Positions 38,771 to 47,094 of a DNA stretch of 64,000 bases are shown here, one piece after another (position 1 is the stretch's first letter; the number at the start of each line of letters is the position of its first letter). The notes beneath the pieces were generated by a model that had not been told where the DNA came from, ran no database searches, and saw nothing but the letters and a program-made list of their open reading frames with translations. Source of the DNA: Candidatus Methanophagaceae archaeon (GTDB taxonomy: Archaea; Halobacteriota; Syntropharchaeia; Alkanophagales; Methanospirareceae). The stretch lies in the NCBI GenBank assembly GCA_003194425.1, contig PQXB01000001.1, positions 263,522-327,521 of the forward strand, written 5' to 3'. A program made the translations under genes and the position numbers.

Positions 38771-38854
38771 TTTATTTTACTAAAAGATTTGTTCGGTTAT
38801 CAAATTTAAAAATCAAATCTGCAGAAATAAGGTTGCAGAAACAAGGAAGGACAA

Positions 38855-40339
38855 ATGATAACAGCAACAGAGGTCGTAGCAGGGGTAAAAAGCGGAAATA
38901 TCTCGTGTGAGGAGTTAGTGTGGCGGATTTACGAGCGGATTGAGCGGAGCGAGTTAAACTGTTTTATCACGCTGAACAAAGCCGCTGCACTTGCAGAAGC
39001 ACGAGAGGAGGACAAGCGAAGGAGGAAGAACGAGAGGGAGTACGAGAAGGAGAACGGGCGAAAGAAACTACTTGGCGTGCCCGTAGCGGTGAAAGACAGC
39101 ATTTCAACGCAGGGAATTCAGACCACCTGCGCGTCAAAAATTCTTACGGGCTACGTTCCGCCTTACGACGCTACGGTGGTGGAGGCGTTGAAGCGCGAGG
39201 GTGCGATAATTTTAGGAAAGACAAATATGGACGAGTTCTGCATGGGAACTTCAACGGAGACGAGTTTTTACGGACCGACGAAGAACCCGCACGACCTCAG
39301 CAGAGTGCCAGGAGGCTCTTCAGGCGGCAGTGCCGCCGCGGTCTCGCCGGCAGCGGGCGAGGCTGTTCTTGCTCTCGGCTCTGACACTGGTGGCTCGATT
39401 CGCTGCCCCGCCTCGTTCTGCGGCGTCGTCGGGCTGAAGCCAACTTACGGGCTCGTCTCGCGCTACGGGCTAATTGCCTACGCAAACTCACTCGAGCAAA
39501 TCGGACCGCTGGCGTCGAACGTGTCGGACGCCGCGCTGCTCCTTGAGGTGCTGGCGGTGAAGGACGAGCGGGACAGCACAAATTTTTCTTTAGAAAAGAA
39601 AAACAACAGGGAAAAGGAGGGGGTAAAGGGAATGAAAATCGGAGTTCCGAGGGAGTTTCTTGAGGGTGAAGGTGTCTCACCGGAGGTTAAGAAGGCGGTG
39701 TGGAACGCGGTGCAGCGGTTCGAGGAGTTGGGCGCCGAGTGCGAGGAGGTGAGCCTGCCGAACCTGAACCTGAAGCACGCACTCGCGGCGTACTACATAA
39801 TCGCGGTCTCAGAGGCGTCCTCGAACCTTGCGAGGTTCGACGGGCTGCGTTACGGGCTTAGAACCGGGAAGGACGAGGACTGGCACACGACCTTCTCGCG
39901 GATTCGCGGCGAGGGGTTCGGCGAGGAAGTGAAGCGTCGGATTATTCTCGGCACTTACGCCCTCTCCGCAGGCTACTACGGGAAATATTACTTGAAGGCT
40001 TTGAAGGTGCGGACGCTGGTAAAGAACGAGTTTGAGGTGGCGTTGAAGCGGTACGACTTGTTAGCGACGCCGACGATGCCTTTTGTCGCGTTTCGGCTTG
40101 GCGAGCGGATAAAAGACCCGCTCTCGCTCTACCTCGCGGATGTTAACACGGTGCCTGTAAATTTGGCGGGCGTTCCTTCGCTCTCTCTCCCCTGCGAGTC
40201 TTCGGGTGCGGGTGCAGGTGTGGGTGCGGGTGCGGGTGCGGGGAAGTTGCCGATTGGTTTGCAGCTCGTTGGCGGGCATTTTGAGGAGTGGAAGATTTTG
40301 AGGGCGGGGTTGGCTTTTGAGCAGGCGACCACTCTTTAG
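38855..40339 (+). CDS. gatA: Glutamyl-tRNA(Gln) amidotransferase subunit A
   Basis: Amidase signature GGSSGGSAAAV...GSDTGGSIR; (GAGAGV)n insert near C-terminus. Confidence 0.85.
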   Translation: MITATEVVAGVKSGNISCEELVWRIYERIERSELNCFITLNKAAALAEAREEDKRRRKNEREYEKENGRKKLLGVPVAVKDSISTQGIQTTCASKILTGYVPPYDATVVEALKREGAIILGKTNMDEFCMGTSTETSFYGPTKNPHDLSRVPGGSSGGSAAAVSPAAGEAVLALGSDTGGSIRCPASFCGVVGLKPTYGLVSRYGLIAYANSLEQIGPLASNVSDAALLLEVLAVKDERDSTNFSLEKKNNREKEGVKGMKIGVPREFLEGEGVSPEVKKAVWNAVQRFEELGAECEEVSLPNLNLKHALAAYYIIAVSEASSNLARFDGLRYGLRTGKDEDWHTTFSRIRGEGFGEEVKRRIILGTYALSAGYYGKYYLKALKVRTLVKNEFEVALKRYDLLATPTMPFVAFRLGERIKDPLSLYLADVNTVPVNLAGVPSLSLPCESSGAGAGVGAGAGAGKLPIGLQLVGGHFEEWKILRAGLAFEQATTL

Positions 40340-40388
40340 AAAAGACTTGCAAAAAAACCTTTATTTATCAAAATTCAATTTACCTTTC

Positions 40389-40678
40389 GGGGAGAGAGGA
40401 AGGGCAGCTGCCGGCCAACCTTTAAAAAAGCGTTTTTCTTGAAGGGCAGGCTGAGGAAAGTCCCCCCACCGAAAAAGCACGAACGTTGAGAGGGCGTAAG
40501 GCGAGAGTCTTGGCTCTGGGATAGAAACGAACCGTGCCACACAAAAGCGATGATTCCGTGAGGAAGAGGTCGTGTGGTTCTGCGGATGGAACGACCAACC
40601 TCGTGGGTGCAAGCCTCAAGAGAAGGTGCAAAGATGAATGCTGCCGAAACAGAAGGGGGCTTACTCTCCTCACTCCCC
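40389..40678 (+). ncRNA. rnpB: RNase P RNA
   Basis: ORF-free region carrying GAGGAAAGUCC (CR-I), AGAUGAAUG and ACAGAAGGGGGCUUAC (CR-IV/V); 5' GGGGAGAGAGG can pair with 3' CCUCACUCCCC (P1). Confidence 0.8.
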
Positions 40679-40930
40679 AAACTTTTTGAAAAGTTTGATC
40701 AAAACTAAAACTCCTCAAACTTTATCCTAACGCTTTTTTCTGAATTAAAATGCGAAGCCGTCTCTAAAATTGATAGATCATAAGTTCCAAAGCTGGCATT
40801 TAGAGTTGCCTCTTCTGTTTTTATAGACAAACCTTCTCTAATAACTTCAAAGACCGAACCACTCATAAGAGCAAAAATAATCGGTGTTGCGAAGTTTTTC
40901 GTGGCAGCAGCGCAATTAAAAATTAAAAAA

Positions 40931-41824
40931 ATGGCAGGAACAAAAAGAATAAGAGTAGGCGTAGTCGGCTGCGGTGCAATCGGGAGTGAAATCTGCAAGG
41001 CGATTGACGGCTCGAAATTGGAATCAGAGTTGGAGTTGCGGTTTCTGGTAGACAACCACCCTGAGAGAATCGAGAGGCTCTGTGAAAGTCTGAAGAGGAA
41101 GCCTGAAATAATAAAATACGACAGCACGGGGCTGGAGGAGATTTTAGAGGCGGTGGATTTGGTGGTCGAGTGTGCGTCGCAGGCTGCAGTTCGCGAGTTC
41201 GTGGTGCCGGCGTTGAGACAGGGTAAAGACGCAATGATTTTGAGCGTTGGTGCGCTGCTCTGCGAACCGGGTCTTTTTGAGGAGGTTGAAAGGCTGTCAG
41301 GGACAAAAGGGTGCAAGGTGTACATTCCCTCGGGTGCAGTGGCGGGAGTAGACGGGCTGAAATCGGCTGCGGGTCTTGGTGACACTGGTGGTGGTGGCGA
41401 CGGCGGGAGCGGGGTTCGGTCGGTGGAACTGACGACGAGGAAGCCGCCTCGGGGGTTTGAGGGGAACAAATATGTAAAGCAGCAGGGAATAAATTTGGCT
41501 TCGATAAAACAGGGGAAGCGGGCAGAGACGCTCTTCGAGGGCTCAGCGAGAGAAGCGGTTCGGCATTTTCCAGAGAATGTGAATGTGGCAGCGTCGCTGA
41601 GCCTTGCCGGTCTTGGTCCGGAGGCGACGCGGGTGCGGATTGTCGCGGACCCGTCTGCAGTGAGGAACGTGCACGAGGTTGAGGTGCTGGGAGAGTTTGG
41701 CAGGCTGTTTGTTCGGGTTGAGAATGTCCCGTCTCGAGCGAACCCGAAGACGAGTTTTTTGGCTGCTCTCTCCGCGATTGCAACACTGCGGGGCATTTTG
41801 TCTCCTCTGCGGGTCGGGACGTAG
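40931..41824 (+). CDS. nadX: L-aspartate dehydrogenase
   Basis: N-terminal RIRVGVVGCGAIG Rossmann motif and C-terminal ANPKTSFLAALSA; ATG 40931 preferred over ORF-track start 40901. Confidence 0.7.
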   Translation: MAGTKRIRVGVVGCGAIGSEICKAIDGSKLESELELRFLVDNHPERIERLCESLKRKPEIIKYDSTGLEEILEAVDLVVECASQAAVREFVVPALRQGKDAMILSVGALLCEPGLFEEVERLSGTKGCKVYIPSGAVAGVDGLKSAAGLGDTGGGGDGGSGVRSVELTTRKPPRGFEGNKYVKQQGINLASIKQGKRAETLFEGSAREAVRHFPENVNVAASLSLAGLGPEATRVRIVADPSAVRNVHEVEVLGEFGRLFVRVENVPSRANPKTSFLAALSAIATLRGILSPLRVGT

Positions 41825-41900
41825 AACAGGTAGTCGTAACCTTCTCCGCCTGTGTGCTTGTGTTAAATCTGAGCAAACTGGAGACGCAATAAAAAAAAAC

Positions 41901-41928
41901 GTGGGTGGGTTTTTTTCTCCCACCCGCC
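41901..41928. terminator. Hairpin with T-tract between convergent genes
   Basis: GTGGGTGGG-TTTTTTTCT-CCCACCCGC. Confidence 0.35.
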
Positions 41929-41971
41929 ACACACTGTTCTTTCTTTTGGTTCTGTTAGTGCTGTGTTTGAC

Positions 41972-42388
41972 TCACTTCCAGAATCCGCAGCCACTTCCGC
42001 CCCAGCGTCCGCCGCGGACGCCCCAGTTGTCGCAGACCCCGTCGCCGTCCTCGTCCACAAATCCCGGGCAGTCCTGCCAGGAGAGGTTGTAGTTGGCGAA
42101 CAACTGCTGTCTGAACTCCAGCGCTTCCTGTCTCTGCTTCTCTCTGAACTCCTGCAGCTCTTGAACCGCCTCTTCTCTCTGCTCCTCTGTTAACTGGTTC
42201 ATCAAACACCAGCACCCCGAAGGCTGAGAAGGCGAGGCGCCGGGACCACCGGGACCACCGGGACCGCCGGGACCACCGGGACCGCCGGGACCACCGGGAC
42301 CGCGGGCACTCACTACGCTGCCGACCGCTGTCGCTACCACTGCCAGAACAAATATTCCAGCAACCAATTTCGTCTTCTTTCTGTCCAT
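41972..42388 (-). CDS. Small secreted protein with (GPG)n repeat and Cys-rich C-terminus
   Basis: Signal peptide, GPGGPGGPGGPGGPG, acidic helix, Cys-containing tail. Confidence 0.45.
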   Translation of the reverse strand: MDRKKTKLVAGIFVLAVVATAVGSVVSARGPGGPGGPGGPGGPGGPGGPGASPSQPSGCWCLMNQLTEEQREEAVQELQEFREKQRQEALEFRQQLFANYNLSWQDCPGFVDEDGDGVCDNWGVRGGRWGGSGCGFWK

Positions 42389-42503
42389 TTTTCTGTGGGA
42401 GTAGGAAGGCTCTAATCCTCCTTAAGCCTTTCGTTTCGCCCGGATTAGACCTAAATTAGACCTAAATCACACCCAAATTTCTTCCAAATCTCACCCTCTC
42501 AAA

Positions 42504-42812
42504 TCATTCCCGACTTATGTAGAGCAGCACCAACAACGCCACAAACTCAAACAGATCCGGCAAGACCGCAAACAGCCCCAACGCGTACATCCGACGGTAA
42601 CCGCAGGCGTACGGCAGAAACGGGTTTGAGGTGACCGCGTGCATAATTAGGAGAACAATGAACGCAATCAGCCCCAACGCGAACTTCGATTTTATCTGCC
42701 CGTAGCTCCTCGCGTAAATGAAAAGCAAGCACAACAGCAGAACAAGGTTTCCAAGCGTCACCACAGCCTTGAGATTTACGAGCCACAAGTCCTGCACAAC
42801 CGCTGCCTGCAT
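42504..42812 (-). CDS. Hypothetical small membrane protein
   Basis: Three hydrophobic segments; immediately downstream of the ArsR-like regulator gene. Confidence 0.5.
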   Translation of the reverse strand: MQAAVVQDLWLVNLKAVVTLGNLVLLLCLLFIYARSYGQIKSKFALGLIAFIVLLIMHAVTSNPFLPYACGYRRMYALGLFAVLPDLFEFVALLVLLYISRE

Positions 42813-42814
42813 TT

Positions 42815-43195
42815 TTATCCCCTTTTCCCTTTCGCTCCTTCTTTTATTTCCCCTTCACTTTTTTCACTCTTAACTTTAAACTTATTCCAAATTCTCTCCA
42901 AAAACTCCGCAAAGACTTCGTACTCCGCTTCCGCGTAAGAAGACAAGAAATACACAGTGCCGTACCGCCTCTCCAACCTCTCCTGGCTGTCGCCTACGGA
43001 GTCAATTATTTTGTTCTCTTGCAGGATTTTGAGGTGGTGCCGCACGGTCTTGTAGTCCAGCCCCAGCAGCTCGGTCAGTTGGTTGGCGTTGTAGGGTCGC
43101 TCCTTCAGTGCTCGAATTATGCGAGCGCGGTTCGTTCCTCCTTTCGTGCCGACGAGCAGCCACCAAATCACTCGTTGCAGGGACATTCTCAACAA
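42815..43195 (-). CDS. ArsR-family winged-helix transcriptional regulator
   Basis: HTH region RARIIRALKERPYNANQLTELLGLDYKTVRHHLKIL. Confidence 0.7.
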   Translation of the reverse strand: MLRMSLQRVIWWLLVGTKGGTNRARIIRALKERPYNANQLTELLGLDYKTVRHHLKILQENKIIDSVGDSQERLERRYGTVYFLSSYAEAEYEVFAEFLERIWNKFKVKSEKSEGEIKEGAKGKRG

Positions 43196-43223
43196 TTTTA
43201 ATAAGAACCGCCAAAGTTATTTT

Positions 43224-44036
43224 ATGAAAGCCGTAGAATTCTCGCCAGTCTCGGAGAGTCAAATTACGAGGGCGATCGTCTCGGAGTTTGCGATCGAATT
43301 TGAGGAGTACGCGGAGAGTGAGGTAGTCGTAGTTGGCGGCGGTCCGTCGGGTTTAATGGCAGCGAAAGAGCTGGCGACCCGCGGCGTGAAGGTGCTGCTC
43401 GTCGAGCGGAACAACTACTTGGGCGGAGGATTCTGGCTCGGCGGGTTTCTGATGAACAAACTCACGGTCAGGTCGCCTGCAGAGAGCGTCCTCGACGAAC
43501 TCGGCGTGCCTTACAAGGAGTGGAGCGGGAAGCAGAGTAGAGGGAAGCAGAGGAGCGGGCTCTTCGTCGCGGACGCAGCGCACGCGTGCTCGAAGTTAAT
43601 TGCTGCGACTTGCGACGCGGGTGCGAAAATATTAAATATGACGGCTCTGGACGATGTAGTTCTGCACGGCGGGAAGGTGAGCGGAGTAGTGGTGAATTGG
43701 ACTGCGGTCTCGTCGTTGCCGCGGGAAATCGCTTGTGTTGATCCTGTTTCGCTTGAATCTCAGGTCGTGATTGACGCAACCGGGCACGACGCGGTGGTGG
43801 TCAGGAAATTGGAGGAGCGGGGGCTGGTAAAAACAGAAGGGCAGGGAGCGATGTGGGTCGAGCGGTCCGAGAATTTAGTGGTTGAGAAGACTTCGGAGTT
43901 CTTTCCGGGGCTCGTCGTTACCGGAATGGTGGTCTCCGCTGCTTACGGGCTTCCGAGAATGGGTCCTACTTTTGGCGCGATGCTCGTCTCGGGGCAGAAG
44001 GCGGCGGAGGTTGCGGCTGAGAAATTAAGGCTGTGA
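43224..44036 (+). CDS. thi4: Thiazole biosynthesis enzyme Thi4-family protein
   Basis: VVVVGGGPSGL FAD motif and family resemblance; ATG 43224 chosen to avoid overlap with the ArsR gene. Confidence 0.75.
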   Translation: MKAVEFSPVSESQITRAIVSEFAIEFEEYAESEVVVVGGGPSGLMAAKELATRGVKVLLVERNNYLGGGFWLGGFLMNKLTVRSPAESVLDELGVPYKEWSGKQSRGKQRSGLFVADAAHACSKLIAATCDAGAKILNMTALDDVVLHGGKVSGVVVNWTAVSSLPREIACVDPVSLESQVVIDATGHDAVVVRKLEERGLVKTEGQGAMWVERSENLVVEKTSEFFPGLVVTGMVVSAAYGLPRMGPTFGAMLVSGQKAAEVAAEKLRL

Positions 44037-44060
44037 AAGTTGTGAGAATATTGGGTCGCA

Positions 44061-45002
44061 ATGAACACCGCGATTTATCTGGTCAAAGCAGTAATTCTCA
44101 TCACCGCAGGCGTTACGATTGCGAACCTCGTGCTCGAAAGCAGTCTGATGAGGCGGCTGTCGGTTCTAATAACGCCGTTTTGCCGTGCTTCCAACCTGCC
44201 GAAAGAATGCGTCTTCTCGCTTGTTGCAGCGTTTTTTAACCCCACCGCGGGCAAGTCGGCACTCGCGGGTTTTTACCGAAACGGAAGGATTAGCGAGACG
44301 GAGACGACGCTAACGGCGGTGATGAGCACTTTTCCGATTGTCGTCGGCGAATCGCTGTTCAGGGTGCAGGCGCCAATCGCACTCGTACTTTTGGGTCCCT
44401 TCGTAGGCGGTATTTACATCTTCCTCAATCTCTTCTCCTCCTTTCTCCAGTCCTTCGCCGCCTTTCTCTACTCCAAATCCCACTTCCCTGCTCAACCCGA
44501 AGCCAAAAAAAAAGCCGAAATCGAAGCAGGAGCAGAAGCCGAAGTCGAACCCAAGAGCGAAAGAATGCGGAGGGCATTGAAAAAATCTTTTGGCTCGCTG
44601 AAAAAGGTAATTCCGATAACGGTGGTCGCTTTTTTAGTCGTAGACCTGCTCTTCAGGTCCGAAATCATAAACTACATCGGGCTTCTCTTCGACCCTGCTT
44701 TGAGAGTCCTGGGTCTGCCCGGCGAGAGCGTAACAGTGCTAATTGCGGATTTAGCACATTTCTCTGCGGGCTACGCCACTGTCGCTGCTCTGCTGGCTAA
44801 CGGGGTGGTGACCGCGAAACAAGCCGTCTTGACGCTGCTTGTTGGCAGTCTCTTAATCATAACGCTAATTTATTTAAAATTCAGCCTCTCAATGTATATT
44901 TCGCTGTTTGGACGACTCGGCGTCAAGATAAGCGTCGTAAATTACCTCTCCAGTCTGCTTTCGAAAGTCGTCGTGATTCTTTTGGTTCTAATATTGATGT
45001 GA
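44061..45002 (+). CDS. Hypothetical polytopic membrane protein
   Basis: Multiple TM segments; no family assigned. Confidence 0.5.
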   Translation: MNTAIYLVKAVILITAGVTIANLVLESSLMRRLSVLITPFCRASNLPKECVFSLVAAFFNPTAGKSALAGFYRNGRISETETTLTAVMSTFPIVVGESLFRVQAPIALVLLGPFVGGIYIFLNLFSSFLQSFAAFLYSKSHFPAQPEAKKKAEIEAGAEAEVEPKSERMRRALKKSFGSLKKVIPITVVAFLVVDLLFRSEIINYIGLLFDPALRVLGLPGESVTVLIADLAHFSAGYATVAALLANGVVTAKQAVLTLLVGSLLIITLIYLKFSLSMYISLFGRLGVKISVVNYLSSLLSKVVVILLVLILM

Positions 45003-45014
45003 TTTTAACGAATT

Positions 45015-45902
45015 ATGAGCGAGCGTCAGGAGCGTCGGGAGCGTCGGGAGCGTCGTCCAGTCGGAGAAGTGTGTGTGCTGAAAATCGGCGGTAGCGTGCT
45101 GACCGAGAAGGGCACGGCTGATAAGGGCACGGAGAAGAGAGCCCGCAAGAGCGAGATAAAACGAATCGCTGAGGAAATCGCACTTGCACTCTCTTGCCAC
45201 GAGCAGAGAGGAAAGGGTCTGGTTCTTGTGCACGGTGCGGGGTCGTACGGGCACCCGCAGGCGAAGCGGTATTTGGCGAGCCGCGACCCGAGAGACGCTT
45301 TAGTCACGCACGAGTCTGCGAAAGAACTGAACAGAATGGTTGTGGGTTCTTTGGTGCAGGCGGGGCTGAAAGCGGTCCCAATTCACCCTCTGAGCGGGGT
45401 CGTCTCGAAGAGGGGGGCAAAGGGGAGGGAACTAAAATATAAAATAAAAGAGCAGATAAAAATGGCGTTAAAAATGCGAATTATTCCCGTCCTGCACGGC
45501 GACATTATTTTTGACGAGGAGCAGGGGTTTCGGATTTTGAGCGGCGACCAGGTGGTAGTGTACGCAGCGAAAGAGGTGGCGAAGGAGTTCGGAGCGAGGG
45601 CGGTAAAGGTCGGCGTGGGCAGCGATGTCGACGGCGTTCTGAGTGGGGGAAGGGAAGGGGAAGGAGAAGTGGTGAGAGAGTTAACGCCTGCCGACGCGGA
45701 GAGGGAGAGGAAAAGAAAGAGCATAAAAGGGTCGGGGCATTTGGATGTGACTGGGGGGATGAGAGAGAAGGTTCGTCTGTTGGCAAAACTCGCGGACGAG
45801 AGTAAGATTCCGTCTCTGCTTTTCAATGCCGCGAGAGAAAGGAATGTTTATAAATTTCTGACCGACGACGAGACCCTGCTCGGCACGGAAATAATTAAAT
45901 AA
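45015..45902 (+). CDS. Isopentenyl phosphate kinase (amino-acid-kinase fold)
   Basis: VLKIGGSVLT and VHGAGSYGHPQA motifs; (ERR)n repeat at N-terminus. Confidence 0.7.
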   Translation: MSERQERRERRERRPVGEVCVLKIGGSVLTEKGTADKGTEKRARKSEIKRIAEEIALALSCHEQRGKGLVLVHGAGSYGHPQAKRYLASRDPRDALVTHESAKELNRMVVGSLVQAGLKAVPIHPLSGVVSKRGAKGRELKYKIKEQIKMALKMRIIPVLHGDIIFDEEQGFRILSGDQVVVYAAKEVAKEFGARAVKVGVGSDVDGVLSGGREGEGEVVRELTPADAERERKRKSIKGSGHLDVTGGMREKVRLLAKLADESKIPSLLFNAARERNVYKFLTDDETLLGTEIIK

Positions 45903-45923
45903 GAGTGACAAAAAAAGAATTCA

Positions 45924-46742
45924 ATGCGTAAATTCAAACTTAGATCTAGATTAAAGATTCCCGAAACACACCCCAGGTACGCGTCGTTAATGCGGCGGGA
46001 AAAACTCGTTGCAGGCGTAGAAGCAGGAATAACGAGCAGACAGGGCTTAATCGCACACGGACGGGGCGAGGCGTTTGACTACTTAATCGGCGAGCGGAGT
46101 TTGGACTCGGCGAGGAGAGCGACGGAGGCTGCGGCGTCGTTGTTGCTTGCTGCGAAGAAGCCGGTGGTTTCTGTTAACGGGAATGTTGCGGCGCTGGCGG
46201 CTGCGGAGGTTGTAGAGCTGGGCGGGTTGTTGAACGCACCGTTGGAGGTGAACCTCTTTTACAGGACCGAGGAGAGAGTGAGGCGAATAAAAACGCTGTT
46301 AGAGAGGGAAGGGGCTGAAAGAGTGCTTGGTCTCAGAGCAGACGCGAGAATACCTGAAATCGAGCACGAGCGTGCGAAGACCGACCGCGAGGGGATTTAC
46401 AGCGCGGACGTGGTTCTCGTCCCTCTGGAGGACGGAGACAGGTGCGAGGAACTTGTCAAGATGGGAAAGAAGGTCGTTGCGATCGACTTGAACCCTTTTT
46501 CGAGAACTTCCCAGCAGGCGACGGTGAGCATCGTGGACGACCTGGAACGGGCGTTGAAAAATCTCATAAATCTCATCTCCGCGGTTAAAGAGCAGAAGAG
46601 GAGCGGGGAGAGTGCTGCGGACCTGCTGGGTGCGGTGCTGCGAGGTTACGACAACAAAGCCAACCTGAGAGAAGCGGTTAAGGAAATCGTGAAGAGGCTG
46701 AAAGAAGATGCAGAAGGAGTACAAGCAGTGCCTGGTTCTTAG
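45924..46742 (+). CDS. 4-phosphopantoate--beta-alanine ligase (archaeal phosphopantothenate synthetase), tentative
   Basis: Resemblance to archaeal PPS family (HPRYASL..., GLIAHGRGEAFDYLIGE). Confidence 0.5.
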   Translation: MRKFKLRSRLKIPETHPRYASLMRREKLVAGVEAGITSRQGLIAHGRGEAFDYLIGERSLDSARRATEAAASLLLAAKKPVVSVNGNVAALAAAEVVELGGLLNAPLEVNLFYRTEERVRRIKTLLEREGAERVLGLRADARIPEIEHERAKTDREGIYSADVVLVPLEDGDRCEELVKMGKKVVAIDLNPFSRTSQQATVSIVDDLERALKNLINLISAVKEQKRSGESAADLLGAVLRGYDNKANLREAVKEIVKRLKEDAEGVQAVPGS

Positions 46743-47058
46743 AGCGGATTTAAGGCTGTCAAAGGGAAAGACGGCGGTGCAAGCCGCTCACGCCTCGGTT
46801 CTGTCTTACAACCTTGCTACGACTCGCGAGAGACGGAAGTGGAAGGAGCAGGGGCAGAAGAAGGTCGTGCTAAAGGTTAGCGGTCTTGAGGAGATTTACA
46901 GACTGCGGGACGAAGCCGTGCGGCTGGGGCTGCCGTCTGCTGTTGTAGAGGACGCGGGGCTGACCGAGGTCCCGCCGGGAACGGTGACTGCAGTTGGAAT
47001 CGGTCCTGCGAGTGCCGAGGAAATCGACAAGGTTACGAAGGATTTGGAGTTGCTGTGA
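46708..47058 (+). CDS. pth2: Peptidyl-tRNA hydrolase, archaeal type
   Basis: About 115 aa, CLVLRADLRLSKGK...AAHAS...GLTEVPPGTVTAVGIGP. Confidence 0.8.
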   Translation: MQKEYKQCLVLRADLRLSKGKTAVQAAHASVLSYNLATTRERRKWKEQGQKKVVLKVSGLEEIYRLRDEAVRLGLPSAVVEDAGLTEVPPGTVTAVGIGPASAEEIDKVTKDLELL

Positions 47059-47094
47059 AATTCATAAAAAATAAAAAAAGAGGGAGAAGAAAAT